A stretch of 64,000 nt of DNA from Chrysomallon squamiferum (Eukaryota > Animalia > Mollusca), in the NCBI GenBank assembly GCA_012295275.1, contig CM022674.1, positions 17,298,001 through 17,362,000 on the forward strand, given 5' to 3'. The notes below the pieces were generated by a model. The model had not been told where the DNA came from and did not search any database. It saw nothing but the letters and a program-made list of their open reading frames with translations. Position 1 is the stretch's first letter, and every line of letters begins with the position of its first letter. Position numbers and translations under genes: made by a program. This document shows, in pieces, positions 16,101 through 34,858 of this stretch.

Positions 16101-18187
16101 TAATAATTTAAAAAACTATTGAAAAGTAAAAAAGGTTTTTTAATTCGCAAAAATCATGATTATTGACTGATTTTTCAGCAGACCTTTCTAAAAGAAACAA
16201 ATCAAAGACATTTTACAAATTATTGAAAAAATAATGAGTAAACAGTTTGTAATTTTCTTCCGTTGTCAGTGTTCAATCATGTCTGTACTGGGCACCCTAT
16301 TCGAGTAAATTTAGAAATTAATTTCACTGATAATAATTACAAACATTTAATTGAAAATTAATAATCATCAAACATAATTATTATTAATAAGCATATATGA
16401 TATACAAATTATAATAATAAATTACATTTAATTTAAAATGTAGAATAATTATTACATCATAATTATTACCAATATGAAAATGTAAAACAATAATTATTAT
16501 CAATATTATAATATAAAATGATCTTAATAATAACAAATTACATTTGGTTTAAAATGCACATAAATAGAGTAATTGTTATATCATAATTATTATCAATATG
16601 AAAATGTAAAACAATAATTATTGTAGCAAATTAGGAATAAGCTTAACACATTCAATGGCAGATAAATCAGTCAGGATTTCAATAGAAACCTGAAACCTTT
16701 GTGACCTTTGATGCAATACAATGGAATTCATCTGGTTTTATCACAGTTAAGTTATTTCCCATTCAGTGACAATTTTGACCTCAGAGATGGAAGGAAAAAG
16801 CCTATCTAATAACATATTATTAATAAGAAATATATATATATATATATATATTTTTTTTATTTATTTTTTTTATGAATATGCAAATGAGAAATATTACAAA
16901 TAAGCATATGTATTATTAGTAGTATAACAATATATTATCAATTCTAATGAAAAAATGAAACAATAACAAATATAAATATGCAAATTAAAGTTATTATAAT
17001 AATGTATTATGTATGGAGAAATGTTAAATATTTATTTTATCTTATTTCTTTATGAATATTCAAATGTAAAATATAAGAAATCATGAACGATAAATTGTTA
17101 ATGAAAAATAGATAAATAATTAAACAAACAAACAAAAAGGCAAATAAATAAATAAAACAAGTAAATAAATAAATAAATAAATTAAAAAAAATATATTTAA
17201 TTTCTAATAAAGAGATAATAGAAATATTTTCAAATCTAGAGTCAAAACTGGTAGAAATTTCAAATAGTTTTACATTCACAAAATACATTTTTATATCAGC
17301 AGCGAGGAATTATTTACAAACTGTTTATACAGTATACAACACATACTACATGTTTTTTTTACATAGAGTCACAAAAAACAAGCACGAATGAAGCTGGGAT
17401 AAATCCTTATAATCAATACACAGTTATGTGGCAAAACTTTTAGATATCAGTAATAATTCATATTGTTTAAAATAGTATTTTAAATTTATCTTTATAAAAA
17501 CGGGAATAAATTTCTTATCAAATTCAACAACTATTGTTTATCTAAATCTGAATTTCTAGTACTTTCCAAAAACAACAATTATTAAGTCACATTTAACAAC
17601 TGTTTTCAAAGACCATTGCTATATTTACATTCAGGAATTGCTTCTAGAATACAGTTTATAAATTTACGTTCTGCAACTGCTTCAGAAATAGTAGTTTATA
17701 TATTCAAATTTTAAAAGTTTCCAAAGGTACGTTGTAAAATTAACATTTAAAAACCATTTGCAAAGACATAACTTACAAATTTAAGTAATAAATAAAACAG
17801 TTTCAAATAATCTAGCAACACAAAATGAAATAAACAATTGAACTTTTTTCTTTTCTTTTTTCTTTTTAAATATATTGTTTTTCTTTATGAGTTTCAATAT
17901 ATAGACTAGAACACATCCTTTAAAATGGAATTTTTTTCTCTTCCTTTATTTTTATTTTAAATCTCCAGTGATCAATTCATATTCATTAGGCGAATACTAC
18001 TGTCTCATTTCCAATGAAAAAGCACTTTTAGTTCAAAGGAGAAGATGGTCGAATTTTCATTACACTTTTAGTTCAAAACAGAAGATGGTCGAATTTTCGT
18101 CACAGTTTTAGTTCAAAACAGAAGATGGTCGAATTTTCGTCACAGTTTTAGTTCAAAACAGAAGATGGTCGAATTTCCGTCACAGTT

Positions 18188-20711
<2,524 letters not shown>

Positions 20712-21389
20712 TTTATAAATGGTAGCAATGTTGAAATGCATGTATCTCTTTTCAGAACTAAATCAATCTAATTACGTATAGAGAATTTAATCGTTATTTC
20801 AAAGAGCCAAATAAACTAGTAATTTCTTCTACTAATGTTTCCAAGACACTGACACTACCAAACTGAACTCTTCAAATATATTAAGCGTTTGACACAAGCT
20901 TCTGTTTTCAGTCCTGTGTTAAATAAAACCTTTTCTAATAATTCCTTCAGCTTCTCTCGATTGAGCTGAAACATATATAAACGAAACAGAATGGTAATCA
21001 CATTCGGTGAACAAATATTTTATGCTAGAGTGAATATGGATCATTTAATTAATAATGAAGTGATTATTGATATGTTTGTGTAATTCGTACTGATTCTTTC
21101 AATTTATCTGAAATAAATAGAAGGCGAACAGAATTGTTTATTCGTATAACTCATCAGGGAAATGATCATTTGAAATATGATTTGCACTGTCTTGCTTCAG
21201 CGATTGGTTTAGGGCGAAATGTTTGTTATCTTTCTTTTTGTTGCTGTATCTTTGTGGGGTTTTGTTACTGATGGGAGTGTGTGTTTATATGGTTGTTCTG
21301 TGTAGTTGTTATTGAGTCATGTTGTTGCTTTTGTTGTTCGTACTGTTCTTTTATTGTATTAATATATATTTGTAAGTGTATATCGTGTG

Positions 21390-21950
21390 GGATCTAGTAG
21401 GTTTAGAGGAAGCTAGTATGTACATCTTGTTAATTTTTTAGTAATAGTAATTGTATAATAGTATAGTAAGTTTAGAGATAGCTAGTATGTACATCTTGTT
21501 AATTTTTTAGTAATAGTAATTGTAGTAGTATTATAGTATGTTTAGAGGTAGCTAGCATGTATGTCTTGTTAATTTTTTAGTAATAGTAATTGTAGTAATA
21601 TTATAGTATGTTTAGAGGTAGCTAGCATGTACATCTTGTTAATTTTTTAGTAGTAGTAATTGTAGTAATAGTATATTAGGTTTAGAGATAGCTAGCATGT
21701 ATGCCTTGTTAATTTGTTGGTAATAGTAATTGTAGTAATATTATAGTATGTTTAGAGGTAGCTAGCATGTACATCTTGTTAATGTTTTAGTAGTAGTAAT
21801 TGTATAATAGTATAACAGGTTTAGAGATAGGGATCTAGTAGGTTTAGAGAAAGCTAGTATGTACATCTAGTTAATGTTTTAGTGGTTGTATTTATAGTAA
21901 TAGTATAGTAAGTTTAGAGGTAGCTAGTATGTATATCTTGTTAATTTTGA
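21390..21950. repeat. 70-bp minisatellite (about 8 copies); also at about 25595-26152, 29795-30355, 33993-34552 and, shorter, 37940-38268
   Basis: gctag(t/c)atgt recurs at 21481, 21551, 21621, 21691 and 21761; unit about gtttagaggtagctagcatgtacatcttgttaattttttagtaatagtaattgtagtaatattatagtat. Confidence 0.93.
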
Positions 21951-21985
21951 TCTAATTTCACTAAACAAAAGTCAAATCAAATCAC

Positions 21986-22190
21986 CTTTTCATACTGCTG
22001 GTTGTGAACATGATTCCATTCCATGGGATAAAAGTTATATCCCCCAGAAATGTTCTCGTATTTACTGGGATTTGAACGCGATCTTCACCCCGCACATTTT
22101 CCCATATCAACAGCGTCTGATTCTTATTTATCCAAATTAGTCTGTGATCTGATGACAATAATTACAAAATAAATAAATAAATAAATAAAA

Positions 22191-22225
<35 letters not shown>

Positions 22226-22227
22226 AA

Positions 22228-22286
<59 letters not shown>

Positions 22287-23398
22287 GTAAATAAGCATAT
22301 TCAAGATACACTGACATTTAAAAAGATTAATTATGTCTGTTATTTTTTATTTTTTATTTTTTATTATTTTTTTTTTTTTTATTATGGTCTCCGTCTCTCT
22401 GTTCTGGTTATACTCGTTAATTCTCTCTTTCTTTCACTACTTTCTCTTCTTATCTCTTTCTCTATCTCACAAATTTGTTTCATCCTTATCTTTTAGTATT
22501 TAGAATTAGTAATTTTTTTTATTTATTTGGCTGGTTAGGTAGTTAGTTAGAAAGATAGATAGATGGGCTGTTGTTGGCTCGTCAATTTGAATGAATTATA
22601 AACATCAAAAGACTAGGAAAATGGGTACATATCGCATCAAAGGAGATATGATAGATCTCTGGAAAGCCAGAAATTGTGTTGTTTTCTTATCATAGTCACT
22701 ACGTATAATTCCTTCAGTGGGAATATCAGCAAAGATGAGCCTATCACAGAAAGAAAACAAATAATAAAAATAAATATGACAAACACACTGAACTAACAAT
22801 AGTAATTCATTTTTATATCAGCATTCGCTTTAGTGCTAGACATAGGCTTAATTCAAACACAGATAAAGTGTCATATTAGGATCAGAAATTTCCAGGAATG
22901 AAAACTAAGAAAGAGGAGACTACCGGTGACAAAATGAAGAAGAAGAACACCACCACCAGCACCAACAGTAATAAGAACAACAACAGCAGCAGCAACAACA
23001 ATCGTTACTACTCATAACATAATACCGTTAGTACTACTATAACTACAGCGAATTAACCAAATACTACTGTTTCTACTACAACTACTACTACTAATACAGT
23101 TACTAATTCTGAAACCACCACAACTATAACTAGAATACTTACTACCACTACTTTTACTACTGCTGTTTCTGCTACTGCTACTGCTATTATTACTACTACT
23201 ACTACTACGGCTACTACTACTGTTTCAACTACATCTTTTGTGGGTCAACGTACAAACGTCTCAAATTGGCTCCAGTTTCTGTTAGAACTTTCCTCTGTTT
23301 GCCACTTTGAAGGTCAATGAACTGTATATTGTTGCCACCGGAATAATAGAGTCTACGGTTTTTGCTATCCAGTGCTGTATAAAAAATCTGCGGAACGT
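21986..23398 (-). pseudogene. Duplicated block of three YWTD/LDLR-class-B-like propeller exons (further copies at about 26189-27586, 30391-31794, 34588-35975)
   Basis: Exons 23398-23233 (TALDSKNRRLYYSGGNNIQFIDLQSGKQRKVL..LRRLYVDP), 22740 to about 22630 (RLIFADIPTEGIIRSDYD) and 22148-21986 (HRLIWINKNQTLLIWENVRGEDRVQIP). They resemble divergent YWTD blades. No start or terminal exon within the unit. Confidence 0.65.
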
Positions 23399-23630
23399 CT
23401 GAAATTAAGTAACGAAAATAGAAATCTGATATTTTTAAACTAGAAATTAATGAGAAATATAATACAGGATTGTTTTTCAAATTAGTCAAATTCTTAAACA
23501 AGGTCTTAAACACAAATATTATTAAAAACAGAAAGCCAAAGATACAAAAGTGTTAAAATGTTTAAAATAAAAAAGGTACTAAGAGACAGACAGGTAGGTA
23601 TCTCGCAAAAAATGTACACACAGACTATTA

Positions 23631-23676
<46 letters not shown>

Positions 23677-23886
23677 AACACACATATAAATAAATAGACA
23701 TATAAATAGATGGATAGATAGATAGATAGACAGATATATAGATACATATTTAAACAGATGTATAGTCACATACACATGTATGTATATATGCATCTATCTA
23801 GCTCTCAATAGTTCTGTGTGTGAACACACATACACATGCAAACACACATTAACACACACACACATACACATACTTTCCTCTGATCT

Positions 23887-23974
<88 letters not shown>

Positions 23975-24085
23975 CGTTTATCAGTGTGTGTACTTATCTC
24001 TATGTTTGTCTATTGTCCTGTCTGTCTCTCTTACTGTCTATCAGTCTAACTACCTATCTGTATAGAGAGAAGACGAGACAGAGAC

Positions 24086-24190
<105 letters not shown>

Positions 24191-24246
24191 ATAATATATG
24201 AAATGAAAACGATAGAAGAATTAATAAAAGCATTGCTAAAACTGAC

Positions 24247-24915
24247 AAGCCAACCGCTATCATTGTCAGATATTTCGCAGTACGCCCTGATTGGGCTGCC
24301 GTTGTCACGTGGTACAATTGTATATACTCTGCTTCTTTTACCTCCATTCATAATTATCTCTACACAGTCAGACGGAACACTTTCTGTAATAATAATAACA
24401 ACAGTGATGATGATGTGAGTCTATAAATTCGTATGCGAAAAGTATAAATGCATAATTCAGGAATAAAATAATACAAATAATTCATATATAAACAAATAAA
24501 CTTATAAACAAACGCACAGACATACGAATAAAACAGCTCTAAATTTATTTTATACAACATTTGATTGATATATAAGTAAAAAAACAAAGTACAACATACT
24601 ATAATATTCTGTATCTGTCTCACTAAGAAACGAAAGTGAAGTCAATGGTTCATTGTACAGATAACACATGCCGTTTCCGTTGTTGTAGATGAAACCTTTG
24701 CAACCGAAGTAGCTGGAACATTCTATGACGCAGCCTACTTGACTGGTCACGTTCAGTTCCTTTGAAGGATCTTCTGCAGGTTTCTTATCTTTGTACTGTG
24801 GTAACTTTCGAAAAGTCTTACGACTTCCAAGCTCGGAATTGGCTAAAGAAACAACGATTATCAGAATTGCTAAAACACAGAATATTATCCCGTGGATCTT
24901 TTTTATTACCTCCAT
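24247..24915 (-). pseudogene. FREP 5' cassette copy B (exon1 24915-24600, exon2 24383-24247), ORF intact, no own exons 3-5
   Basis: Near-identical to 20043-20711; exon2 donor is GTCAGT. Confidence 0.85.
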
Positions 24916-26372
24916 TTTATCAATGGTATCAATGTTGAAATGCATGTATCTCTTTTCAGAACTAAATCAATCTAATTACGTATAGAGAATTTAATCGTTA
25001 TTTCAAAGAGCCAAATAAACTAGTAATTTCTTCTACTAATGTTTCCAAGACACTGACACTACCAAACTGAACTCTTCAAATATATTAAGCGTTTGACACA
25101 AGCTTCTGTTTTCAGTCCTGTGTTAAATAAAACCTTTTCTAATAATTCCTTCAGCTTCTCTCGATTGAGCTGAAACATATATAAACGAAACAGAATGGTA
25201 ATCACATTCGGTGAACAAATATTTTATGCTAGAGTGAATATGGATCATTTAATTAATAATGAAGTGATTATTGATATGTTTGTGTAATTCGTACTGATTC
25301 TTTCAATTTATCTGAAATAAATAGAAGGCGATCAGAATTGTTTATTCGTATACCAGTCATCAGGGAAATGATCATTTGAAATATGATTTGCACTGTCTTG
25401 CTTCAGCGATTGGTTTAGGGCGAAATGTTTGTTATCTTTCTTTTTGTTGCTGTATCTTTGTGGAGTTTTGTTACTGAGGGAATGTGTGCTTATATGCTTG
25501 TTCTGTGTAGTTGTTATTGAGTCATGTTGTTGCTTTTGTTGTTCGTACTGTTCTTTTATTGTATTAATATATATTTGTAAGTGTATATCGTGTGGGATCT
25601 AGTAGGTTTAGAGGAAGCTAGTATGTACATCTTGTTAATTTTTAGTAATAGTAATTGTATAATAGTATAGTAAGTTTAGAGATAGCTAGTATGTACATCT
25701 TGTTAATTTTTTAGTAATAGTAATTGTAGTAGTATTATAGTATGTTTAGAGGTAGCTAGCATGTATGTCTTGTTAATTTTTAGTAGTAGTAATTGTAGTA
25801 ATATTATAGTATGTTTAGAGGTAGCTAGCATGTACATCTTGTTAATTTTTTAGTAGTAGTAATTTTAGTAATAGTATATTAGGTTTAGAGATAGCTAGCA
25901 TGTATGCCTTGTTAATTTGTTGGTAATAGTAATTGTAGTAATATTATAGTATGTTTAGAGGTAGCTAGCATGTACATCTTGTTAATGTTTTAGTAGTAGT
26001 AATTGTATAATAGTATAACAGGTTTAGAGATAGGGATCTAGTAGGTTTAGAGAAAGCTAGTATGTACATCTAGTTAATGTTTTAGTGGTTGTATTTATAG
26101 TAATAGTATAGTAAGTTTAGAGGTAGCTAGTATGTATATCTTGTTAATTTTGATGTTATTTCACTAAACAAAAGTCAAATCAAATCACCTTTTCATACTG
26201 CTGGTTGTGAACATGATTCCATTCCATGGGATAAAAGTTATATCCCCCAGAAATGTTTTCGTATTTACTGGGATTTGAACGCGATCTTCACCCCGCACAT
26301 TTTCCCATATCAACAGCGTCTGATTCTTATTTATCCAAATTAGTCTGTGATCTGATGACAATAATTACAAAA

Positions 26373-26419
<47 letters not shown>

Positions 26420-28072
26420 AATAAATAAATAAATAAAATAAATAAATAAATAAGTAAATAAATAAATAAGTAAATAAATAGGTAAATAAGCATATTCAAG
26501 ATACACTGACATTTAAAAAGATTAATTATGTCTGTTATTTTTTATTTTTTATTATTTTATTTTATTTTATTATGGTCTCCGTCTCTCTGTTCTGGTTATA
26601 CTCGTTAATTCTCTCTTTCTTTCACTACTTTCTCTTCTTATCTCTTTCTCTATCTCACAAATTTGTTTCATCCTTATCTTTTAGTATTTAGAATTAGTAA
26701 TTATTTATTTATTTGGCTGGTTAGGTAGTTAATTAGAAAGATAGATAGATGGGCTGTTGTTGGCTCGTCAATTTGAATGAATTATAAACATCAAAAGACT
26801 AGGAAAATGGGTACATATCGCATCAAAGGAGATATGATAGATCTCTGGAAAGCCAGAAATTGTGTTGTTTTCTTATCATAGTCACTACGTATAATACCTT
26901 CAGTGGGGAATATCAGCAAAGATGAGCCTATCACAGAAAGAAAACAAATAATAAAAATAAATATGACAAACACACTGAACTAACAATAGTAATTCATTTT
27001 TATATCAGCATTCGCTTTAGTGCTAGACATAGGCTTAATTCAAACACAGATAAAGTGTCATATTAGGATCAGGAATTTCCAGGAATGAAAACTAAGAAAG
27101 AGGAGACTACCGGTGACAAAATGAAGAAGAAGAACACCACCACCAGCACCAACAGTAATAAGAACAACAACAGCAGCAGCAACAACAATCGTTACTACTC
27201 ATAACATAATACCGTTATTACTACTATAACTACAGCGAATTAACCAAATACTACTGTTTCTACTACAACTACTACTACTAATACAGTTACTAATTCTGAA
27301 ACCACCACAACTATAACTAGAATACTTACTACCACTACTTTTACTACTGCTGTTTCTGCTACTGCTACTGCTATTATTACTACTACTACTACTACGGCTA
27401 CTACTACTGTTTCAACTACATCTTTTGTGGGTCAACGTACAAACGTCTCAAATTGGCTCCAGTTTCTGTTAGAACTTTCCTCTGTTTGCCACTTTGAAGG
27501 TCAATGAACTGTATATTGTTGCCACCGGAATAATAGTCTACGGTTTTTGCTATCCAGTGCTGTATAAAAAAAATCTGCGGAACGTCTGAAATTAAGTAAC
27601 GAAAATAGAAATCTGATATTTTTAAACTAGAAATTAATGAGAAATATAATATAGGGATTGTTTTTCAAATTAGTCAAATTCTTAAACAAGGTCTTAAACA
27701 CAAATATTATTAAAAACAGAAAGCCAAAGATACAAAAGTGTTAAAATGTTTAAAATAAAAAAGGTACTAAGAGACAGACAGGTAGGTATCTCGCAAAAAA
27801 TGTACACACAGACTATTACAAACACACACACACACACAGCCACACACACACACACACTCACAAACACACATATAAATAAATAGACATATAAATAGATGGA
27901 TAGATAGATAGATAGACAGATATATAGATACATATTTAAACAGATGTATAGTCACATACACATGTATGTATATATGCATCTATCTAGCTCTCAATAGTTC
28001 TGTGTGTGAACACACATACACATGCAAACACACATTAACACACACACACATACACATACTTTCCTCTGATCT

Positions 28073-28159
<87 letters not shown>

Positions 28160-28279
28160 CTCTCTGAACGTTTATCAGTGTGTGTACTTATCTCTATGTT
28201 TGTCTATTGTCCTGTCTGTCTCTCTTACTGTCTATCAGTCTAACTACCTATCTGTATAGAGAGAAGACGAGACAGAGAC

Positions 28280-28392
<113 letters not shown>

Positions 28393-28445
28393 ATATATGA
28401 AATGAAAACGATAGAAGAATTAATAAAAGCATTGCTAAAACTGAC

Positions 28446-29114
28446 AAGCCAACCGCTATCATTGTCAGATATTTCGCAGTACGCCCTGATTGGGCTGCCG
28501 TTGTCACGTGGTACAATTGTACATACTCTGCTTCTTTTACCTCCATTCATAATTATCTCTACACAGTCAGACGGAACACTTTCTGTAATAATAATAACAA
28601 CAGTGATGATGATGTGAGTCTATAAATTCGTATGCGAAAAGTATAAATGCATAATTCAGGAATAAAATAATACAAATAATTCATATATAAACAAATAAAC
28701 TTATAAACAAACGCACAGACATACGAATAAAACAGCTCTAAATTTATTTTATACAACATTTGATTGATATATAAGTAAACAAACAAAGTACAACATACTA
28801 TAATATTCTGTATCTGTCTCACTAAGAAACGAAAGTGAAGTCAATGGTTCATTGTACAGATAACACATGCCGTTTCCGTTGTTGTAGATGAAACCTTTGC
28901 AACCGAAGTAGCTGGAACATTCTATGACGCAGCCTACTTGACTGGTCACGTTCAGTTCCTTTGAAGGATCTTCTGCAGGTTTCTTATCTTTGTACTGTGG
29001 TAACTTTCGAAAAGTCTTACGACTTCCAAGCTCGGAATTGGCTAAAGAAACAACGATTATCAGAATTGCTAAAACACAGAATATTATCCCGTGGATCTTT
29101 TTTATTACCTCCAT
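28446..29114 (-). pseudogene. FREP 5' cassette copy C (exon1 29114-28799, exon2 28582-28446), ORF intact with VYTI to VCTI
   Basis: Near-identical to copy B, with a Tyr-to-Cys change in exon2. Confidence 0.85.
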
Positions 29115-30575
29115 TTTATCAATGGTATCAATGTTGAAATGCATGTATCTCTTTTCAGAACTAAATCAATCTAATTACGTATAGAGAATTTAATCGTTAT
29201 TTCAAAGAGCCAAATAAACTAGTAATTTCTTCTACTAATGTTTCCAAGACACTGACACTACCAAACTGAACTCTTCAAATATATTAAGCGTTTGACACAA
29301 GCTTCTGTTTTCAGTCCTGTGTTAAATAAAACCTTTTCTAATAATTCCTTCAGCTTCTCTCGATTGAGCTGAAACATATATAAACGAAACAGAATGGTAA
29401 TCACATTCGGTGAACAAATATTTTATGCTAGAGTGAATATGGATCATTTAATTAATAATGAAGTGATTATTGATATGTTTGTGTAATTCGTACTGATTCT
29501 TTCAATTTATCTGAAATAAATAGAAGGCGATCAGAATTGTTTATTCGTATACCAGTCATCAGGGAAATGATCATTTGAAATATGATTTGCACTGTCTTGC
29601 TTCAGCGATTGGTTTAGGGCGAAATGTTTGTTATCTTTCTTTTTGTTGCTGTATCTTTGTGGAGTTTTGTTACTGAGGGGAATGTGTGCTTATATGCTTG
29701 TTCTGTGTAGTTGTTATTGAGTCATGTTGTTGCTTTTGTTGTTCGTACTGTTCTTTTATTGTATTAATATATATTTGTAAGTGTATATCGTGTGGGATCT
29801 AGTAGGTTTAGAGGAAGCTAGTATGTACATCTTGTTAATTTTTTAGTAATAGTAATTGTATAATAGTATAGTAAGTTTAGAGATAGCTAGTATGTACATC
29901 TTGTTAATTTTTTAGTAATAGTAATTGTAGTAGTATTATAGTATGTTTAGAGGTAGCTAGCATGTATGTCTTGTTAATTTTTTAGTAGTAGTAATTGTAG
30001 TAATATTATAGTATGTTTAGAGGTAGCTAGCATGTACATCTTGTTAATTTTTTAGTAGTAGTAATTTTAGTAATAGTATATTAGGTTTAGAGATAGCTAG
30101 CATGTATGCCTTGTTAATTTGTTGGTAATAGTAATTGTAGTAATATTATAGTATGTTTAGAGGTAGCTAGCATGTACATCTTGTTAATGTTTTAGTAGTA
30201 GTAATTGTATAATAGTATAACAGGTTTAGAGATAGGGATCTAGTAGGTTTAGAGAAAAGCTAGTATGTACATCTAGTTAATGTTTTAGTGGTTGTATTTA
30301 TAGTAATAGTATAGTAAGTTTAGAGGTAGCTAGTATGTATATCTTGTTAATTTTGATGTTATTTCACTAAACAAAAGTCAAATCAAATCACCTTTTCATA
30401 CTGCTGGTTGTGAACATGATTCCATTCCATGGGATAAAAGTTATATCCCCCAGAAATGTTTTCGTATTTACTGGGATTTGAACGCGATCTTCACCCCGCA
30501 CATTTTCCCATATCAACAGCGTCTGATTCTTATTTATCCAAATTAGTCTGTGATCTGATGACAATAATTACAAAA

Positions 30576-30646
<71 letters not shown>

Positions 30647-32279
30647 AATAAATAAATAAATAAGTAAATAAATAAATAAGTAAATAAATAGGTAAATAAG
30701 CATATTCAAGATACACTGACATTTAAAAAGATTAATTATGTCTGTTATTTTTTATTTTTTATTATTTTATTTTATTTTATTATGGTCTCCGTCTCTCTGT
30801 TCTGGTTATACTCGTTAATTCTCTCTTTCTTTCACTACTTTCTCTTCTTATCTCTTTCTCTATCTCACAAATTTGTTTCATCCTTATCTTTTAGTATTTA
30901 GAATTAGTAATTATTTATTTATTTGGCTGGTTAGGTAGTTAATTAGAAAGATAGATAGATGGGCTGTTGTTGGCTCGTCAATTTGAATGAATTATAAACA
31001 TCAAAAGACTAGGAAAATGGGTACATATCGCATCAAAGGAGATATGATAGATCTCTGGAAAGCCAGAAATTGTGTTGTTTTCTTATCATAGTCACTACGT
31101 ATAATACCTTCAGTGGGAATATCAGCAAAGATGAGCCTATCACAGAAAGAAAACAAATAATAAAAATAAATATGACAAACACACTGAACTAACAATAGTA
31201 ATTCATTTTTATATCAGCATTCGCTTTAGTGCTAGACATAGGCTTAATTCAAACACAGATAAAGTGTCATATTAGGATCAGGAATTTCCAGGAATGAAAA
31301 CTAAGAAAGAGGAGACTACCGGTGACAAAATGAAGAAGAAGAACACCACCACCAGCACCAACAGTAATAAGAACAACAACAGCAGCAGCAACAACAATCG
31401 TTACTACTCATAACATAATACCGTTATTACTACTATAACTACAGCGAATTAACCAAATACTACTGTTTCTACTACAACTACTACTACTAATACAGTTACT
31501 AATTCTGAAACCACCACAACTATAACTAGAATACTTACTACCACTACTTTTACTACTGCTGTTTCTGCTACTGCTACTGCTATTATTACTACTACTACTA
31601 CTACGGCTACTACTACTGTTTCAACTACATCTTTTTTGTGGGTCAACGTACAAACGTCTCAAATTGGCTCCAGTTTCTGTTAGAACTTTCCTCTGTTTGC
31701 CACTTTGAAGGTCAATGAACTGTATATTGTTGCCACCGGAATAATAGTCTACGGTTTTTGCTATCCAGTGCTGTATAAAAAATCTGCGGAACGTCTGAAA
31801 TTAAGTAACGAAAATAGAAATCTGATATTTTTAAACTAGAAATTAATGAGAAATATAATACAGGATTGTTTTTCAAATTAGTCAAATTCTTAAACAAGGT
31901 CTTAAACACAAATATTATTAAAAACAGAAAGCCAAAGATACAAAAGTGTTAAAATGTTTAAAATAAAAAAGGTACTAAGAGACAGACAGGTAGGTATCTC
32001 GCAAAAATGTACACACAGACTATTACAAACACACACACACACACAGCCACACACACACACACACTCACAAACACACATATAAATAAATAGACATATAAAT
32101 AGATGGATAGATAGATAGATAGACAGATATATAGATACATATTTAAACAGATGTATAGTCACATACACATGTATGTATATATGCATCTATCTAGCTCTCA
32201 ATAGTTCTGTGTGTGAACACACATACACATGCAAACACACATTAACACACACACACATACACATACTTTCCTCTGATCT

Positions 32280-32360
<81 letters not shown>

Positions 32361-32480
32361 CTCTCTGAACGTTTATCAGTGTGTGTACTTATCTCTATGT
32401 TTGTCTATTGTCCTGTCTGTCTCTCTTACTGTCTATCAGTCTAACTACCTATCTGTATAGAGAGAAGACGAGACAGAGAC

Positions 32481-32587
<107 letters not shown>

Positions 32588-32643
32588 ATAATATATGAAA
32601 TGAAAACGATAGAAGAATTAATAAAAGCATTGCTAAAACTGAC

Positions 32644-33313
32644 AAGCCAACCGCTATCATTGTCAGATATTTCGCAGTACGCCCTGATTGGGCTGCCGTT
32701 GTCACGTGGTACAATTGTATATACTCTGCTTCTTTTACCTCCATTCATAATTATCTCTACACAGTCAGACGGAACACACTTTCTGTAATAATAATAACAA
32801 CAGTGATGATGATGTGAGTCTATAAATTCGTATGCGAAAAGTATAAATGCATAATTCAGGAATAAAATAATACAAATAATTCATATATAAACAAATAAAC
32901 TTATAAACAAACGCACAGACATACGAATAAAACAGCTCTAAATTTATTTTATACAACATTTGATTGATATATAAGTAAACAAACAAAGTACAACATACTA
33001 TAATATTCTGTATCTGTCTCACTAAGAAACGAAAGTGAAGTCAATGGTTCATTGTACAGATAACACATGCCGTTTCCGTTGTTGTAGATGAAACCTTTGC
33101 AACCGAAGTAGCTGGAACATTCTATGACGCAGCCTACTTGACTGGTCACGTTCAGTTCCTTTGAAGGATCTTCTGCAGGTTTCTTATCTTTGTACTGTGG
33201 TAACTTTCGAAAAGTCTTACGACTTCCAAGCTCGGAATTGGCTAAAGAAACAACGATTATCAGAATTGCTAAAACACAGAATATTATCCCGTGGATCTTT
33301 TTATTACCTCCAT
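32644..33313 (-). pseudogene. FREP 5' cassette copy D, frameshifted
   Basis: Exon1 33313-32999 lacks 1 nt in the poly-T near 33300. Exon2 32782-32644 has a 2-nt insertion (ggaacacact). Confidence 0.85.
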
Positions 33314-34771
33314 TTTATCAATGGTATCAATGTTGAAATGCATGTATCTCTTTTCAGAACTAAATCAATCTAATTACGTATAGAGAATTTAATCGTTATT
33401 TCAAAGAGCCAAATAAACTAGTAATTTCTTCTACTAATGTTTCCAAGACACTGACACTACCAAACTGAACTCTTCAAATATATTAAGCGTTTGACACAAG
33501 CTTCTGTTTTCAGTCCTGTGTTAAATAAAACCTTTTCTAATAATTCCTTCAGCTTCTCTCGATTGAGCTGAAACATATATAAACGAAACAGAATGGTAAT
33601 CACATTCGGTGAACAAATATTTTATGCTAGAGTGAATATGGATCATTTAATTAATAATGAAGTGATTATTGATATGTTTGTGTAATTCGTACTGATTCTT
33701 TCAATTTATCTGAAATAAATAGAAGGCGATCAGAATTGTTTATTCGTATAACAGTCATCAGGAAATGATCATTTGAAATATGATTTGCACTGTCTTGCTT
33801 CAGCGATTGGTTTAGGGCGAAATGTTTGTTATCTTTCTTTTTGTTGCTGTATCTTTGTGGAGTTTTGTTACTGAGGGAATGTGTGCTTATATGCTTGTTC
33901 TGTGTAGTTGTTATTGAGTCATGTTGTTGCTTTTGTTGTTCGTACTGTTCTTTTATTGTATTAATATATATTTGTAAGTGTATATCGTGTGGGGATCTAG
34001 TAGGTTTAGAGGAAGCTAGTATGTACATCTTGTTAATTTTTAGTAATAGTAATTGTATAATAGTATAGTAAGTTTAGAGATAGCTAGTATGTACATCTTG
34101 TTAATTTTTTAGTAATAGTAATTGTAGTAGTATTATAGTATGTTTAGAGGTAGCTAGCATGTATGTCTTGTTAATTTTTTAGTAGTAGTAATTGTAGTAA
34201 TATTATAGTATGTTTAGAGGTAGCTAGCATGTACATCTTGTTAATTTTTTAGTAGTAGTAATTTTAGTAATAGTATATTAGGTTTAGAGATAGCTAGCAT
34301 GTATGCCTTGTTAATTTGTTGGTAATAGTAATTGTAGTAATATTATAGTATGTTTAGAGGTAGCTAGCATGTACATCTTGTTAATGTTTTAGTAGTAGTA
34401 ATTGTATAATAGTATAACAGGTTTAGAGATAGGGATCTAGTAGGTTTAGAGAAAGCTAGTATGTACATCTAGTTAATGTTTTAGTGGTTGTATTTATAGT
34501 AATAGTATAGTAAGTTTAGAGGTAGCTAGTATGTATATCTTGTTAATTTTGATGTTATTTCACTAAACAAAAGTCAAATCAAATCACCTTTTCATACTGC
34601 TGGTTGTGAACATGATTCCATTCCATGGGATAAAAGTTATATCCCCCAGAAATGTTTTCGTATTTACTGGGATTTGAACGCGATCTTCACCCCGCACATT
34701 TTCCCATATCAACAGCGTCTGATTCTTATTTATCCAAATTAGTCTGTGATCTGATGACAATAATTACAAAA

Positions 34772-34858
<87 letters not shown>
